In this document: positions 1 to 12,100 of the stretch, piece after piece
Position numbering within the stretch: the stretch's first letter is position 1
Layout: each line of letters begins with the position of its first letter
Source: Botryllus schlosseri
Lineage: Eukaryota
Assembly: GCA_051294905.1 (NCBI GenBank)
Contig: CM119385.1
Coordinates: 8,990,001 to 9,054,000, forward strand
Reading direction: 5' to 3'
Length of the DNA: 64,000 nt
The notes under the pieces: generated by a model
The model's database searches: none
The model's input: the letters and a program-made list of their open reading frames with translations, nothing else
What the model was told of the DNA's origin: nothing
Program-made: the position numbers and the translations under genes

Positions 1-46
1 ACAACAACTGAAATTTGCTCTAGTGTTAGCCGTGGCTCTAACACTC

Positions 47-660
47 AGAGGTGGTCGAAGTAGTCAGCGTTCCAGTAGAAATAGGAGTAATTATGTGAAA
101 CTCTACTCTATTACAAGTATCAGAAGCGATTTCAAAACCACTCCGATTAGAAAAATAAATGTTCAAAAATACTCAAGCAAATATAGATTCAAAAAGAAAA
201 TTTGGCACAGGGGTCGCATAATTTTAGCAGTTAGTCGGCGGTGACTCCTTTGGAAATTGTAGGGTGTTGTGGCCTCGTGCCACCCTCTGAAAGTGGAAAT
301 TCGTTCACGGCACCCTATCACTTCAAATACCCTGGGTTACAGATTTGGGAAGCCTACGATACGTCACTGTGTTCAGCCCCGGATTCTGATGAGGTGACTA
401 TTATAGAAAAAAATGATCACCACTTTCGCCTATAGCCTACAAATAAGTGAAATTTTCGTAAACAATTTTAGTATATGACAATTTCGCTCATAAAAGTTAC
501 CCTATAACCTATCTCAAAACTATCTTCTCTATAAAAAGCAAGTTTTTTTTTCAAAATAACATTTCAAGTAGAAGTTGAAGTAATCTAAAATTACAATCAC
601 TTCAGTAAATAGTACAAGTAGACAAATCCTACTTGAGCACCCCGAAAACGCGGAAGTAGG
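47..660. mobile_element. Non-autonomous DNA element remnant(s), family rich in AGTAGAAGT/TACTCAAGT subterminal motifs
   Basis: CAGAGGTGGTCGAAGTAGTC start at 47 and AGTAGAAGT/CTACTTGAG clusters shared with about five other intronic loci; boundaries approximate. Confidence 0.5.
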
Positions 661-715
661 CCTATACCTTTACCATGACCACTGACCAGTTTTGAGCAAC
701 AAGGGTCATATAATG

Positions 716-1972
716 TCAGCCTACGACTGGTGGTGTAGGATATGTAGTCGGTAGATGTTGAGATATATAGTAGTTTTTAATGAGTATTTCGAACCTTGTC
801 CGCAGTTCCACCCTGTGTAACCCGCAACACACTGACATTCGAACGAATTCGGTCCATCAATACACGTCCCTCCGTTTCGACATGGGTCGGCAACGCAGTC
901 ATCAACATCTTTAAAAGTATAACGTAATACTTCCAATAGATATTTATCTTGAAATGATGTACGAAGAAAATTCGGCGGTGTACCCTTACCCACGCCGCAG
1001 GTTGCTCCGAGGAACCCTTCCGGACAATCGCATGTAAACCCGTCGACTTCATCAACACAAGTGCCTCCATTTTGGCATGGATTAGAACCACATTCATCAA
1101 TATCTATATAATGAAAATGTAGACTGAAGGCTAGAATCCTTCCTTCTGGTCACGAAAAAAGTATCTTACTGATTTCACAAAAGTCTCCTTCAAACCCATC
1201 CAAGCAGAAACATGCAACTTCTCCATGATCTACGTCTATGCAGTCTGCACCATTTTTGCATGGATCGTCATCACAAGACACTATCCCTTCTTCCTCGGGT
1301 TCAGGTTGTGAAACTTGGTATATTCACAAGTTTTATCTAGCCGACGAAGAACTTAACGAAATGCTATCTTACTTTTGTACTTTAACCTGAAACCTTGCAT
1401 GTTATCGGAATTATCCGACTTGAAAACCAGCTTTACGGGGCCTTTAGCGTTGATGATTCCTCCTGGAGCTACTTTGTGCACACCCTTCCCGCAATACCTA
1501 GAATTGATTGATATTATGATCGTAGGTTTGAGCAGTCGTGGTGTGTATGCTATTCATTCATACTTCGGATCTTGACCCATCGCAAAAACTTGTAAGTAGT
1601 CATATCTGCATCCCCGCGACTCTTCAACATCAAAATGAGTGAATTCCAGTTGTACCTCGTCGTCAGGGCCGGCCTTCATGATTTTTTTTTAAGTTTTTCA
1701 CTTGCTACAAGCTATCTACTACAAAAATACCTCGAAGCTCCAATCACAGTCGTAATTATTTGGATAACGATTTGGGAAGTTATGACTTTGCAAAACTCCT
1801 TCCCCGCGCAAAATTGATCCGCATTGTTCCACTTTTGCAGATATTGGCCCTAAATTTAGGTCATGATGTTTTAGGAAACAAGCAATCTTGTGACTCTCAG
1901 AAATGTAAACTAACATATCACCATCAGCGTAACTATCGTTCCAAATAGCTTCAACTCTTCAGATTTCGTCAT
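716..1972 (-). CDS. Secreted CUB + 3x EGF protein, about 264 aa, 8 predicted exons (1915-1972, 1731-1849, 1564-1673, 1373-1497, 1170-1313, 990-1103, 795-908, 716-726)
   Basis: GT-AG joins keep the frame: hydrophobic N-terminus MTKSEELKLFGTIVTLMVIW; CUB domain (CGSILRGEGVLQSHNFPNRYPNNYDCDW...CRYDYL...YCG...FKSDNSDNMQGFRLKY); three 6-Cys EGF repeats, two with calcium-binding-type starts (IDECGSNPCQNGGTC, VDDCVADPCRNGGTC). The last exon (VVG-stop) is uncertain; the gene could continue left of the window. Confidence 0.85.
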
Positions 1973-2564
1973 ACTTCACGACCAAGACATCCTCCAGCGC
2001 CCTCTGCGTTTCTCCCTTTTCTATCCCGTCGGCAGTAGTATATTGTAAGAATATCAAATTATTCAACGTTCAAAAATTCAATGAGAGTCATATCGCTCTG
2101 ACACGCAGAGTGAAAAATGTTTGGTGCCATTAGCTATATATTCTCTCGTTGGTATTTTACAAATTCATAAGTCACTCGACAACATCAAGTACCATTTTCA
2201 ATTATTATGGTGTTTGTGTTCGTTTCGGACGATCGCTCTTTCGATCAAGCAATGATGGCGATATATATGGGTTCTATATATCCCAAATTCGATATTACTA
2301 AGCTATTGATGGAAATGATTAAAGCTTAATTACAGATAAAATGCTTCATTTACTGATATACTGCACAATTCGCCTGTTAGTAGACCAGAGTGAACCTAGC
2401 TGCTTCCTGGTGATCTAGAAATGTTCAAGTGATTTTCGGTCTATATTCTGAAACCACTCGGCCGAGATGCTTAACGATACAGGTTTTGGTCCGGTTCATA
2501 AAAACATTTTTTATATACCTCTTTTTGACTTGCATATTTTTCTGCCTCGTGGTAATGTTTTATA

Positions 2565-2889
2565 TAGGCTTACCATATTTTGGAAATCTAAAAAGAGGAC
2601 ACTTTTTCAGGAAGCTCAGACATGCAAAACCGGAGAAGAATTCTCAAAAACCGGTAAATTTTCCCCACTTCGTGATCGGTTGACTAAAAAAAAAAAAAAA
2701 AGTCATCTTTTCGCTCAGAGCTAAGATCACCGTTTTTCACTCCGAAATACCCGCCGGAGCTTAACTTATGTGCTAATTTGCGGCATATCACTCGCAATTT
2801 CCTCTAAATCTGACCTAAATTTTCCAAAAAGAGGACAAAAGGGCGTCCTCCGAGGACACTTTCAAAAAAGAGGACGTATGGTAAGCCTA
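2565..2889. mobile_element. hAT-type MITE between the two divergent genes
   Basis: TIRs TAGGCTTACCATA...TATGGTAAGCCTA; flanks GTTTTATA / GTTTGATA (7/8 TSD); internal AAAAGAGGACA repeats. Confidence 0.8.
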
Positions 2890-2953
2890 GTTTGATATGC
2901 CTTTGCGAATACAAAAAAGAATATCCAGTAGATGGCGGAGCTGAGCACCCTTC

Positions 2954-2967
2954 GTATCGATGGTAAC
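2954..2967 (+). promoter_or_regulatory. Possible RFX X-box upstream of CCDC162
   Basis: GTATCGATGGTAAC matches GTTNCCATGGNAAC at 12/14 positions, about 220 bp before the ATG; motif match only. Confidence 0.25.
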
Positions 2968-3184
2968 CTAACCCACGCCTGGATGATCCTGACGTGAGTA
3001 ACGATGTAATTGCAGCAGATGTTATGTTGCTGTGCGGAAAATGCAATAGCCTTAATTGACAGGGTATTTCATGCTAACGAAATCGAAAATATCGACTAGT
3101 CCACTGATACACATTCTGCTATATTATTAACATCGACTGCTCGTCGATTCGTTTGGCTTTGGTAAACGTCAAACGTAATAAAAC

Positions 3185-6100
3185 ATGAAGAGACACAAGG
3201 TATCTAACACCAAAAAGCTGGTTAATCTTGAGAACAAGATCCAGTCAGAGTTGGTGGACCTGAAAACCGAAATTGAGGAAGCTGATATGCTTTTCGGTAA
3301 TTGGTCGAAACCAATCAGGTAGGATTGCGATAAGTATTATAGGTTTCTCGCAGGTGAACTACAAATGTATTTCAGCTCTGTGATGCTACCAAAGGACATC
3401 AATTACTTCAAAGAGGAGCGTGGTCGTATTGTCGCACATTTGCTGCAGGTCACTGATGCACCACAATTGAAAAACATCGCCGATGTAATGACCGAGGAGT
3501 TGGATGGCACATTTAAGAGTGATTTTACGGAGAATGGACTTCCACTTATACTCCATGGAGTGGGTGTTTCTTCTCTATTATGGCCAAGCGATAACAATCT
3601 TATTCCTGCAACAAAACTGCAGAATTTTACGCAAGATTAGGTGTATTTAGATTACTGATCTGTTTTTAATACGAAGTATCCAGTATCAATTCCATGATAC
3701 TCCTTTCATTCTTTGAGGTATTTACCTGGGATTCATCTTATATCAACATCTGCCAACCCAGTTTGTGCCAACAAAAGGAGATTGTGTGTAATCTAAAATT
3801 AGTACATTCAGCTTAATATCTGCTCGCCTGGATCACTCGAATATCTATGCTGGTGATGTCATATTCGGTGATAAAATTGTTGATATACAAAGTTTTTTTC
3901 AATTTTGTACTACTTGCTGATTATTACCCTTGACAAGTGTCAGCCGAAAATATTCAGGTCTATTCCAATACGAATATATCGGTCAATTGTGTAATGCAGT
4001 TCTGTATCTCCAAGCGTTTCTTCATGATATCACATTATTTTGGCAGGCAGCAGAGATAGTATTCAATTACACGCATTTCTAATACATAAGTTACATTTCA
4101 GTTTTTTGTGAAACGCGCGCAGTGTTTAGTACAATGCAAACACTCACACTTACTGCGGTGGAGACGATTTTGCCAGCACACAGCCGTCATCGAAAAAAAC
4201 TACAAAGTTTTCAAAAAAAGACTTGAGAGCATAAATCAGGAATATGATGATTGCAAGCAGAGAGCTCTGAGGTTGTCAAAATGTTATGACGAGTTTATAC
4301 GGAAACAGACAACGTCGATGGCATGGTAAGATATAATAGTTAATGATAAAATTATTCCCCATTTTGTCATATTGCATTGCTTAGTGAATATGTTTTTGAG
4401 CAGTATCAATAATAATACGGTAGGCCTAATAAGTAATCGTGAAGTCGCCCTTTATGACAGTTTTGGCGATAAAATCTAGAACAAAGATTTTAGGCTGATG
4501 CTCTGTTGTACATTGTTTATATAATCCAATAATTACATTGAATGGTGAAAACTCATGCTTAAAGATATAAACTATTCAATCGTGGTGCAGAATTGACAAA
4601 CGTATGTCTTACGCATGGGTAATGTGTAGCATTTTTTCTATGTACGATTGATCTATTTGTGCAAGTAATGGAACTGTAGAAGTTTGTTAATTATCATTTC
4701 AGAAGTGTTTCTTTTATATTCAGTGTTAAAAGTGAGGACATTGCGATATATTTGCGTTGGCTTGTGACCAGCTCATGTTCGATAAGAAAGCCCATGAGTT
4801 ATATTCGGATTTTGCAATGGGTTCCTGTAATCCATCGTAACATTCTTGGGAATCCATCTACCGGCAAGGTGAGTGATTAGATTTGTGTTCTCGAGTATTT
4901 AGTGGAATTGGTAACTGCTTTACTGAAAGGAATACAGATAGACTCATTCCATAGTAATTCAGCAAATTTTTTGACATTTGTAATGTATACCCTCAGAATT
5001 GTCCGATAACTAACAACGAATAGGCTACAAGATACGCAATGAAATGTAATCAAACCAATACACAAAGCTGAGTAAGGCAAATGAAATGTAATTTGTACGG
5101 CGTCAGCGATAAAGATGATTGTGATAAGGTGTGTAAAATTAAAAAGAAAGCAAAAGGAAAGAAGCTCCTGATGACTACAAATTACAAAATTTTGGTTCGC
5201 ATTTACATTTTTACTTGCTCAAAAACTGTTGGATTGCATTTGATGAACATTAGTGCGAAAAGTTTCTGGCCCCAGTAAATTTCTTCTTGCCGTATAAAAG
5301 TTACCCGCGATTGAAAAGATTCTTTCTGAGGGGGCTGTGCTGTTAGTCCCATATAATCCTTGGCTAAAGTAGCAAGCGTAGGAAATGGTTCAGCACAGGT
5401 TTCGGAAGAGTTTATTGGCTGTTCAGTGTTCATCCATTTTTGAAATATCAAGATTTAGACTATATTGTAATTTACCAAGTTTTCTGTTGCTACTGAAGTA
5501 TGGGAAATAGTTTAGCATGGCTGAATTATCTAGTTAACGAGGCACGCATAGCACACCTGTGTAAATAGGCCTGATTATTTTATGGTGTGCTTGTCAGGTC
5601 TCTATAACAGCGTACTCTAATTGAAATTGTAATTAGGCAAAATTTTTATCAAATAACAATTATAACTACACCAAATAAAAATGCTTCAATTACAATTACA
5701 TGAAAAACGTAATTAACTACATTCAGCTCAATTACAAATTACAATTGATCCAACTCTGATGTGCATATTCCGCTGGAAAAGGAAGGTACATAAGGCTTGT
5801 AAGGTTTTCTAAGTCTTGCATCACCCCTCCATAATATCCCGGTCATGCTGAGCGCCAATCGAGGACACCATGGATACCAGTGTTACTAATAGTGTCTTTG
5901 GTCTGACCCGTCCGGGGATCGAACCCACGGCCTACCGATCAAGAAGCCGGACGCTCCACCATTACGCTATCTTGTCGGTTTCCTAGAATTCTAAAGTTTT
6001 TAATATTTTGTATTGTTAATCTCCAATTTTAATATCAATTATGGTCAGTCGCAAGTATGGGTTTAACATTCAGTGAAATGTTGCTTTTGGTGATGAAATT

Positions 6101-9100
6101 AGCAGATCGGATGATATTTTCTTGTATGAACCTTTATACACATGTAATTGATTGACCTGACTTGGGAGCGGTAAAATTCTATTTGGAAGATTGTGATGCT
6201 GCACATGCTGTTAATTCGTCATTAAAATTAACGTTATCTGGCGGTAATAGCAGACCACAGAGTTTTCAAGTATTTAAATCAAAGTAAATATTCCTTATCA
6301 TGTTGGTAACGTAATACGCTTAATTTCATAAACCTGTCAAATGGTGTTCTGTTAAGATAAACCATCATTAATAACAAGTGACCAGCGTGGTAGCACCTTC
6401 CTATAGTATTCTTACGGTGATATATCATACGTCTGTGAGTATAATTTGAGATGAGAAATGTAATTTTCAGTCTTCAGGACGCAGCACGATTGGAAAAGAC
6501 TATACTGATGATGTCGCCAGGGTTTCGAGAAAATCTGAACTGGATTTTCACGGTGTGTATTTTTTCGCTGCGATATCACATTGGTCTCTAAATATACGCC
6601 GTTCAAGGATTCGTGTCCGACGAGCTGACTTCTTCGATACCGTTGCAAACGCTTGATCTGGCCGATTTTCGAGGTCATTTGGAGATACTGGCGAGAGAAT
6701 ATGAAATTGAGATAAAAAGCGAGTTGTCAAGCTCGGCTGACGAAATGGAGCTCTTTGGATCGATAATAAGGCAATTTAAACGGCTCTTCAATCTGCAGGA
6801 GGAGTGCATGACGTTTTATTACTACGACGCTGTTCCTGACGGTGAGCGTTTCGTCGAAATTTTCTTAATGCGATTGGAAGATGCATGGGTGTTTTGATTG
6901 TTCGTTGCTTGAAATGATTTCGGAATGGAAAATATTGTGAGATTCTTTAACATTTCGGGGATTGATTACTTTGATCGTCCAATTGGCATATGGTCAACAG
7001 GAAAGATCATCGCGCTATCAAACATGCCGGACCTGATTTGTGGAACAGTATTTCGCCGGCTATCCGACAGTCATCGAACCATGTCCACTAGGGCTGATCA
7101 AAAAAGCTTTTCTTCAGATTTCACTGGCTACGTAATACAATTGTTAGGTTGGCTAAAAAAAACGCTGCGCACCAAATTTGGCTCAATTCCAACTTGTAGA
7201 AAAGAAGTTCTTGCAGTAGAAAGTTTTGAATTTATTATTTAAAAAATTGAAAATAAAATTTCAAATTTTTTTGTCTACCCCATAAAATTGTTAGGCTATC
7301 AGTAGAGATGAGCCACACCGAATTCGGCTCAATTCCAACCACTAGAAGCGAGGTTATTGCAGTGGAAAAATTTCCAATTGCATGATTTTATAATAAATAA
7401 TGGAAGAGTTAGTCACCTTAAATACTGTTTTATTCAAATCCAAATTTTTCTACTGCAATAACTTCAAATGGTGGGAATTGAGCCAAATATGGTGTGCATT
7501 GTCTCTACAGACAGCCTAACAATTTTGTGGGGTCGGCAGAAAATTTCAATTTTTTTTAAATTTAGGTTTTATATAATAAATACAAAGCTTTCTACTGCAA
7601 GAACTTCGCTTCTACAAGTTGGAATTGAGCCAAATTTGGTGTGCTGCATTTTATCACGTAGGCAGTGAAATCTGAAGAAAAAGTTTTTTTTGAACAGTCC
7701 TAATGTCCACATTCAAGTCAAAATACAAGCAGTTTCTACTGAATCAATACTAGTCTGCCTTCAAGTTTACCGGCCCACGACCTGACATATCGATCTCGCC
7801 TTCCATCACATGCTGCCTCGTTTTGTCGCTTTTCTTTTTGTATGATCTTTTATTACTTTTCAGTCAGTGTGCATGCCTCCTCTTTACTTCGCCCAAGTCG
7901 TTTCGACACTTTCCTATTTTTTCATTGTACCGCAGTTTTAAGGTGTTTTGAATTGATGAAAATTCTTAATAAACTGAACTGAGCTGAACTGTGTACTGGG
8001 ACAAAGATATGTAAAATCTCTTGCTGATCCCAATATCTTTTGTGATATGGTGAGATTTGTAAGTCTTTTTGTCAACCAAGGTTGAATAGCCTAACTTACG
8101 ACGAATTTTGCGTTTTATATACCTAAATTAATTGGACCTGTTTGCTTGGTATATGCTTCACAAAGGTCAAGGCCTGGATTGCAGTTAGTATCGCTGTCCA
8201 TCTCAATCTATGCACTGTTTTGCATTATGATATTTTTGAAGTCATACACTGAAGCAGGTTTTTGTTTGCTCCCACACAATTGGCATAAAACGTTACAAAT
8301 GTCATCAATCGAACAAAATTGACTGTTATTGCTGCCACTCGTGGAAAGTATGTTTCAAATGTATAGCTCCATTTCAGACATCTCACTCTATTAAATGATG
8401 TTCTAACCTGTTTTTAATGCCGTGTGCGCTTTTTTTAGGTAACGAGCATTGGGGGATCGATGCGCCCACGCATTGCTTGTTGAAACCATGCAACTGGACC
8501 GAAGCTATTGTGATTCATCCGCGAAAAAACGCAACGCAGGAAAGGCAAATCAAATGCATTTCTCAGTGTGGTCGGCTTGACGAACTTCTCCTGCAATGTA
8601 ATAGGTAAAGAGAATTCTTCATAGTGTTAAAATTCTCTCATCAGGTACTGGTAGACATTGTCGGCTCCTTTTCCGCTGATTGAATGAGTGACGTTAGTGT
8701 TAATGTAAGCTTTCTTTGTGTCACAGCAGTTGGATTGGAGTCTGCTTGTCTGAAAATATTTTGAGTTCAATATCCATCTCTCTTATTCGTCTTTCATGTT
8801 TTGTGATATTTTTCATGCTGTTTTCAGCTTTTTGAAGATATCAGATCATTCGTTGATGGTGGAAAGGCTGAAACGTAACGGCTCGGATGCGCAGAAGCAA
8901 TATCATCCTAAAAGTATTCAGGTGGCGTCAAACAAGTGAGTTTCTAGTTTCGAAATTGATAAATTTGATTTGTCGTATCCTATGATGATTGAAACGGAAA
9001 TTGAAACAGAAATGGAACGCGCAGGACTGGAGATATGTGGAGAGCTTTCTACAAAAATCCAGAAATTCGTGAAGAATTGCAAGCCAGCAAGAAGAACGAA

Positions 9101-12100
9101 AAAGCAGGGTGAGTGTTTCTATGAATATTTTCTTCTCATATTCATTGTTATTTTTTAAATGCTCTTATCAGCTTGAATGAAAGAAATATCGCACTGATAT
9201 ATTCAATCGTAGATAATCATTGAATAATGGCCAATATGAATTGATCTATTCGAATAATAGACGTGTACCACTGCATAAATTCTATTCACGGCAGTATTAA
9301 TCTGAAGAGCTTCTTGGAGGTACAGAACTGCAATATACAATTGAATCGTACATTCATATTGGGATGAACCCGAATATTTTCTGCTGACACTCGTCAGGGG
9401 TAATCGTCAGCAACTAGTAGAGAATTGGAAAGAACATTGTATATCAACAATCGTATCACCAAGTAATGTAGTGTACCAATATAAGTGCCTCTGTGATTGT
9501 GGCTACGTAGGAAGAACGTCAAAGCGTCTACAGGAACGCATAAACCAGCATGTCCCCAGATTTATCAGAACACATGCATCAGGCTCGGTGAGAAGCTCAC
9601 CCTTAACTCATCCGCTTAAGCTTGATGCTGACAGATCAAAGGCCAATAATTCTGCCATCGGCAAACATCTATTAGACAATCCGATTTGTTCGAATAATTA
9701 TCGAAACGACATAGGCCTATTTCACGTCGTTAGGAGGGGCCGTTCACACTTCCATTTGTGTGCCTTGGAGTCGACTTTTATCAAAATACACCAACCAAAA
9801 CTCTGTCAACAAAAGGAGTTCGTGTACCACCTGATAATAGTACATTGAACGCTCTCTCGTTTGAAATTTCATGCTGGTGACGTCATATTTTGTGATACGA
9901 TTGTTGATATACAATGTTCTTTCCAATTCTCTACTAGTTGCTGACGATTACCCCCGACGAGTGTCAGCCGAAAATATTCGGGTTTCTTTCAATATGAATA
10001 TACCATTCAGTATTAATCGAATTCTGACAGGCGAATTTCAAATCTCTCAAATGAAATGTTACAAATATGCACAAGATCCCAATTCTCAGTACTGTGAACC
10101 CTGGCAAATGCTTTGATTGATTACAGGGCGTATAACAAAAGCGACGATTACGATTTCTCCAATGCGATGCAATCTCTCGGTTTAGACGAGAGTGAAGAAA
10201 CGTCAAGTATTGATCAGCATGTTGCTCAGGTTTGCTTTCTCACAAACTGAATGGTATATTATGCCTAATGTAAATTTCGGTGTGGTTCACCTGATTTTTC
10301 TGTGCCGCTTCTCAAACGTTGTTGCATAATAATGTGAATTACGAACATATTCTATAAACTGTTGTAAGTAGTTGTAATTTTCAACCTTCGTCGACTTGGA
10401 ATTAGAATCGGAAACCAAATCCTTGTTTAGACATTTTCGAAATGTAATTCCAGGGCGCTTACTTATCGTTTCTGCACCTTCGTGTGCTGAAACTACGCGA
10501 CATCAGAAGGCAGTGCCTCGCGTTGATGAATTACTTTCGAAGCGTCGAACGTACGATTACGATCTACGACGGTGGTTTGTCCATGGAGGACGAGCCTTTG
10601 GTTCCGGAAGGTAAGATACCAGGTATTGACATTATAATTGCTAGACCAGCATGCATGTTCATCATCATTAGAGCTGTTTTAAAAATGCAATTTCACTGAC
10701 ATAGGTATTAAAAATACTGCACTCTAAATATGGCTCGATTCCAACCAATAGCATAGCTCCAATTCCAATTTAAATAAGAGTATTTACAGGGGAAGATTTC
10801 GTAACTTTTGTTCAACTTAGAACACAGAAATTTGGAAAAAAAGGGTATTTTGAAGAGCCCAGCTGTCAAGATCTACTCCGCTGGTCCTGGTAGTAATTTC
10901 AATGACATTTCAGGAAATCAAAGTTCCAGAAGTCACAGCCGCAGCAAGAAATCCGACCACTCTCAGAAAAAAATGGAGGGAATCGGTAATCACAGCTACA
11001 TCAATGGCACGCCTCTCGACTACAAAGTGAGTAGCTATCAGGTTGTGGTTAATTTTGTGGAATTGCTGTGTATATGTGACAAGTTTTACTCACATGTGGT
11101 CAAAGTATTCAGTTTTGCTACTCACATAGAAATGGAAGAAACACTGTAAATTTCTACTCAATTTTATGTAGAAGTAACTATTTCCAACACTGATTCAAGT
11201 GGAAGTAGAAAAGGCCTGAAAAGTACTCAAGTAGGTAGTTTCAAAAAGTTGATTTGTCGAGGGGCCGCTACTTTTGAAATTTCAAGATGTATCTTCATGG
11301 CTAATGCCAAATGACTAATAACACCGCACGCACATTGGCAGAATCTTCCAAACTATATTCAGTTACCCCGATAAAGATGCTATTTCACTCGGCCGTCTTC
11401 ACGATTTCTCTCATAAATGTGATGCAAACTTATCCCAAGGCTAATCTCTACTAACCAAAATCCATGTTGTAATACGTTAGTAGTTTTTCAAAATAACTAT
11501 TCCAGTTAAAGTAGAAGTATTCTACAAATTGAACCACTCGACTGAGTAGGGCTAGTAGGCAAAACCTACATGAGTGCTCCTGAAAAATAGAAATACTTCG
11601 TTACCTGTGTCACCAGGGTAACTATGTGTGTGCGATGGGGTTTGGTCTGGTGACCGCCAGACTTTGTGAGAGAATTCGTTCATATCAGATGCAATAGTCT
11701 AATATATGCGGAAAATCTATATACCTGAGTAGCAATAGCATCTCTTCCAACAAGTTCACCCGAAAAGAGTGAGTGATGGGATCGCTTTTCCACTTTTTTG
11801 AGATCGCGTAATGGTAGACCATCAGGCTTCTTGATCGGTAGGTCGTGGGTTCAAGCCCCGGCTGGGTCAGACCAACGACCTGATTAGAAACACTGGTAAC
11901 CATGACTTCCCTGCTTGGTGCTCAGCATTACCGGGATAGCATGGAGAGGTGGTACAAGACTTAGAAAGCCTTACAAGGCTATCTCTGCACCTTCCTTGTC
12001 CAGCGTCATATGCACATCATGCACTCATGGTATGCATATGCGCAAATTATGTGTATGTCATATTATGAGCCGGTATATAAGCCTATTCTCCACAAATGAC

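Noticed and set aside
6925-7242. 105-aa ORF as a nested gene
   Set aside because: No recognisable motif, and its second half runs through the hAT foldback starting at 7089.
7170-7640. CRISPR-like array from recurring GGCTCAATTCCAAC
   Set aside because: Copies are inverted, the intervening sequence is itself repeated, there are no cas genes, and the unit has hAT termini with an 8-bp TSD.
11800-11880. tRNA gene
   Set aside because: Has A/B-box-like motifs but no convincing acceptor stem; it continues into a body shared with 5757-5975, so it is a SINE head.
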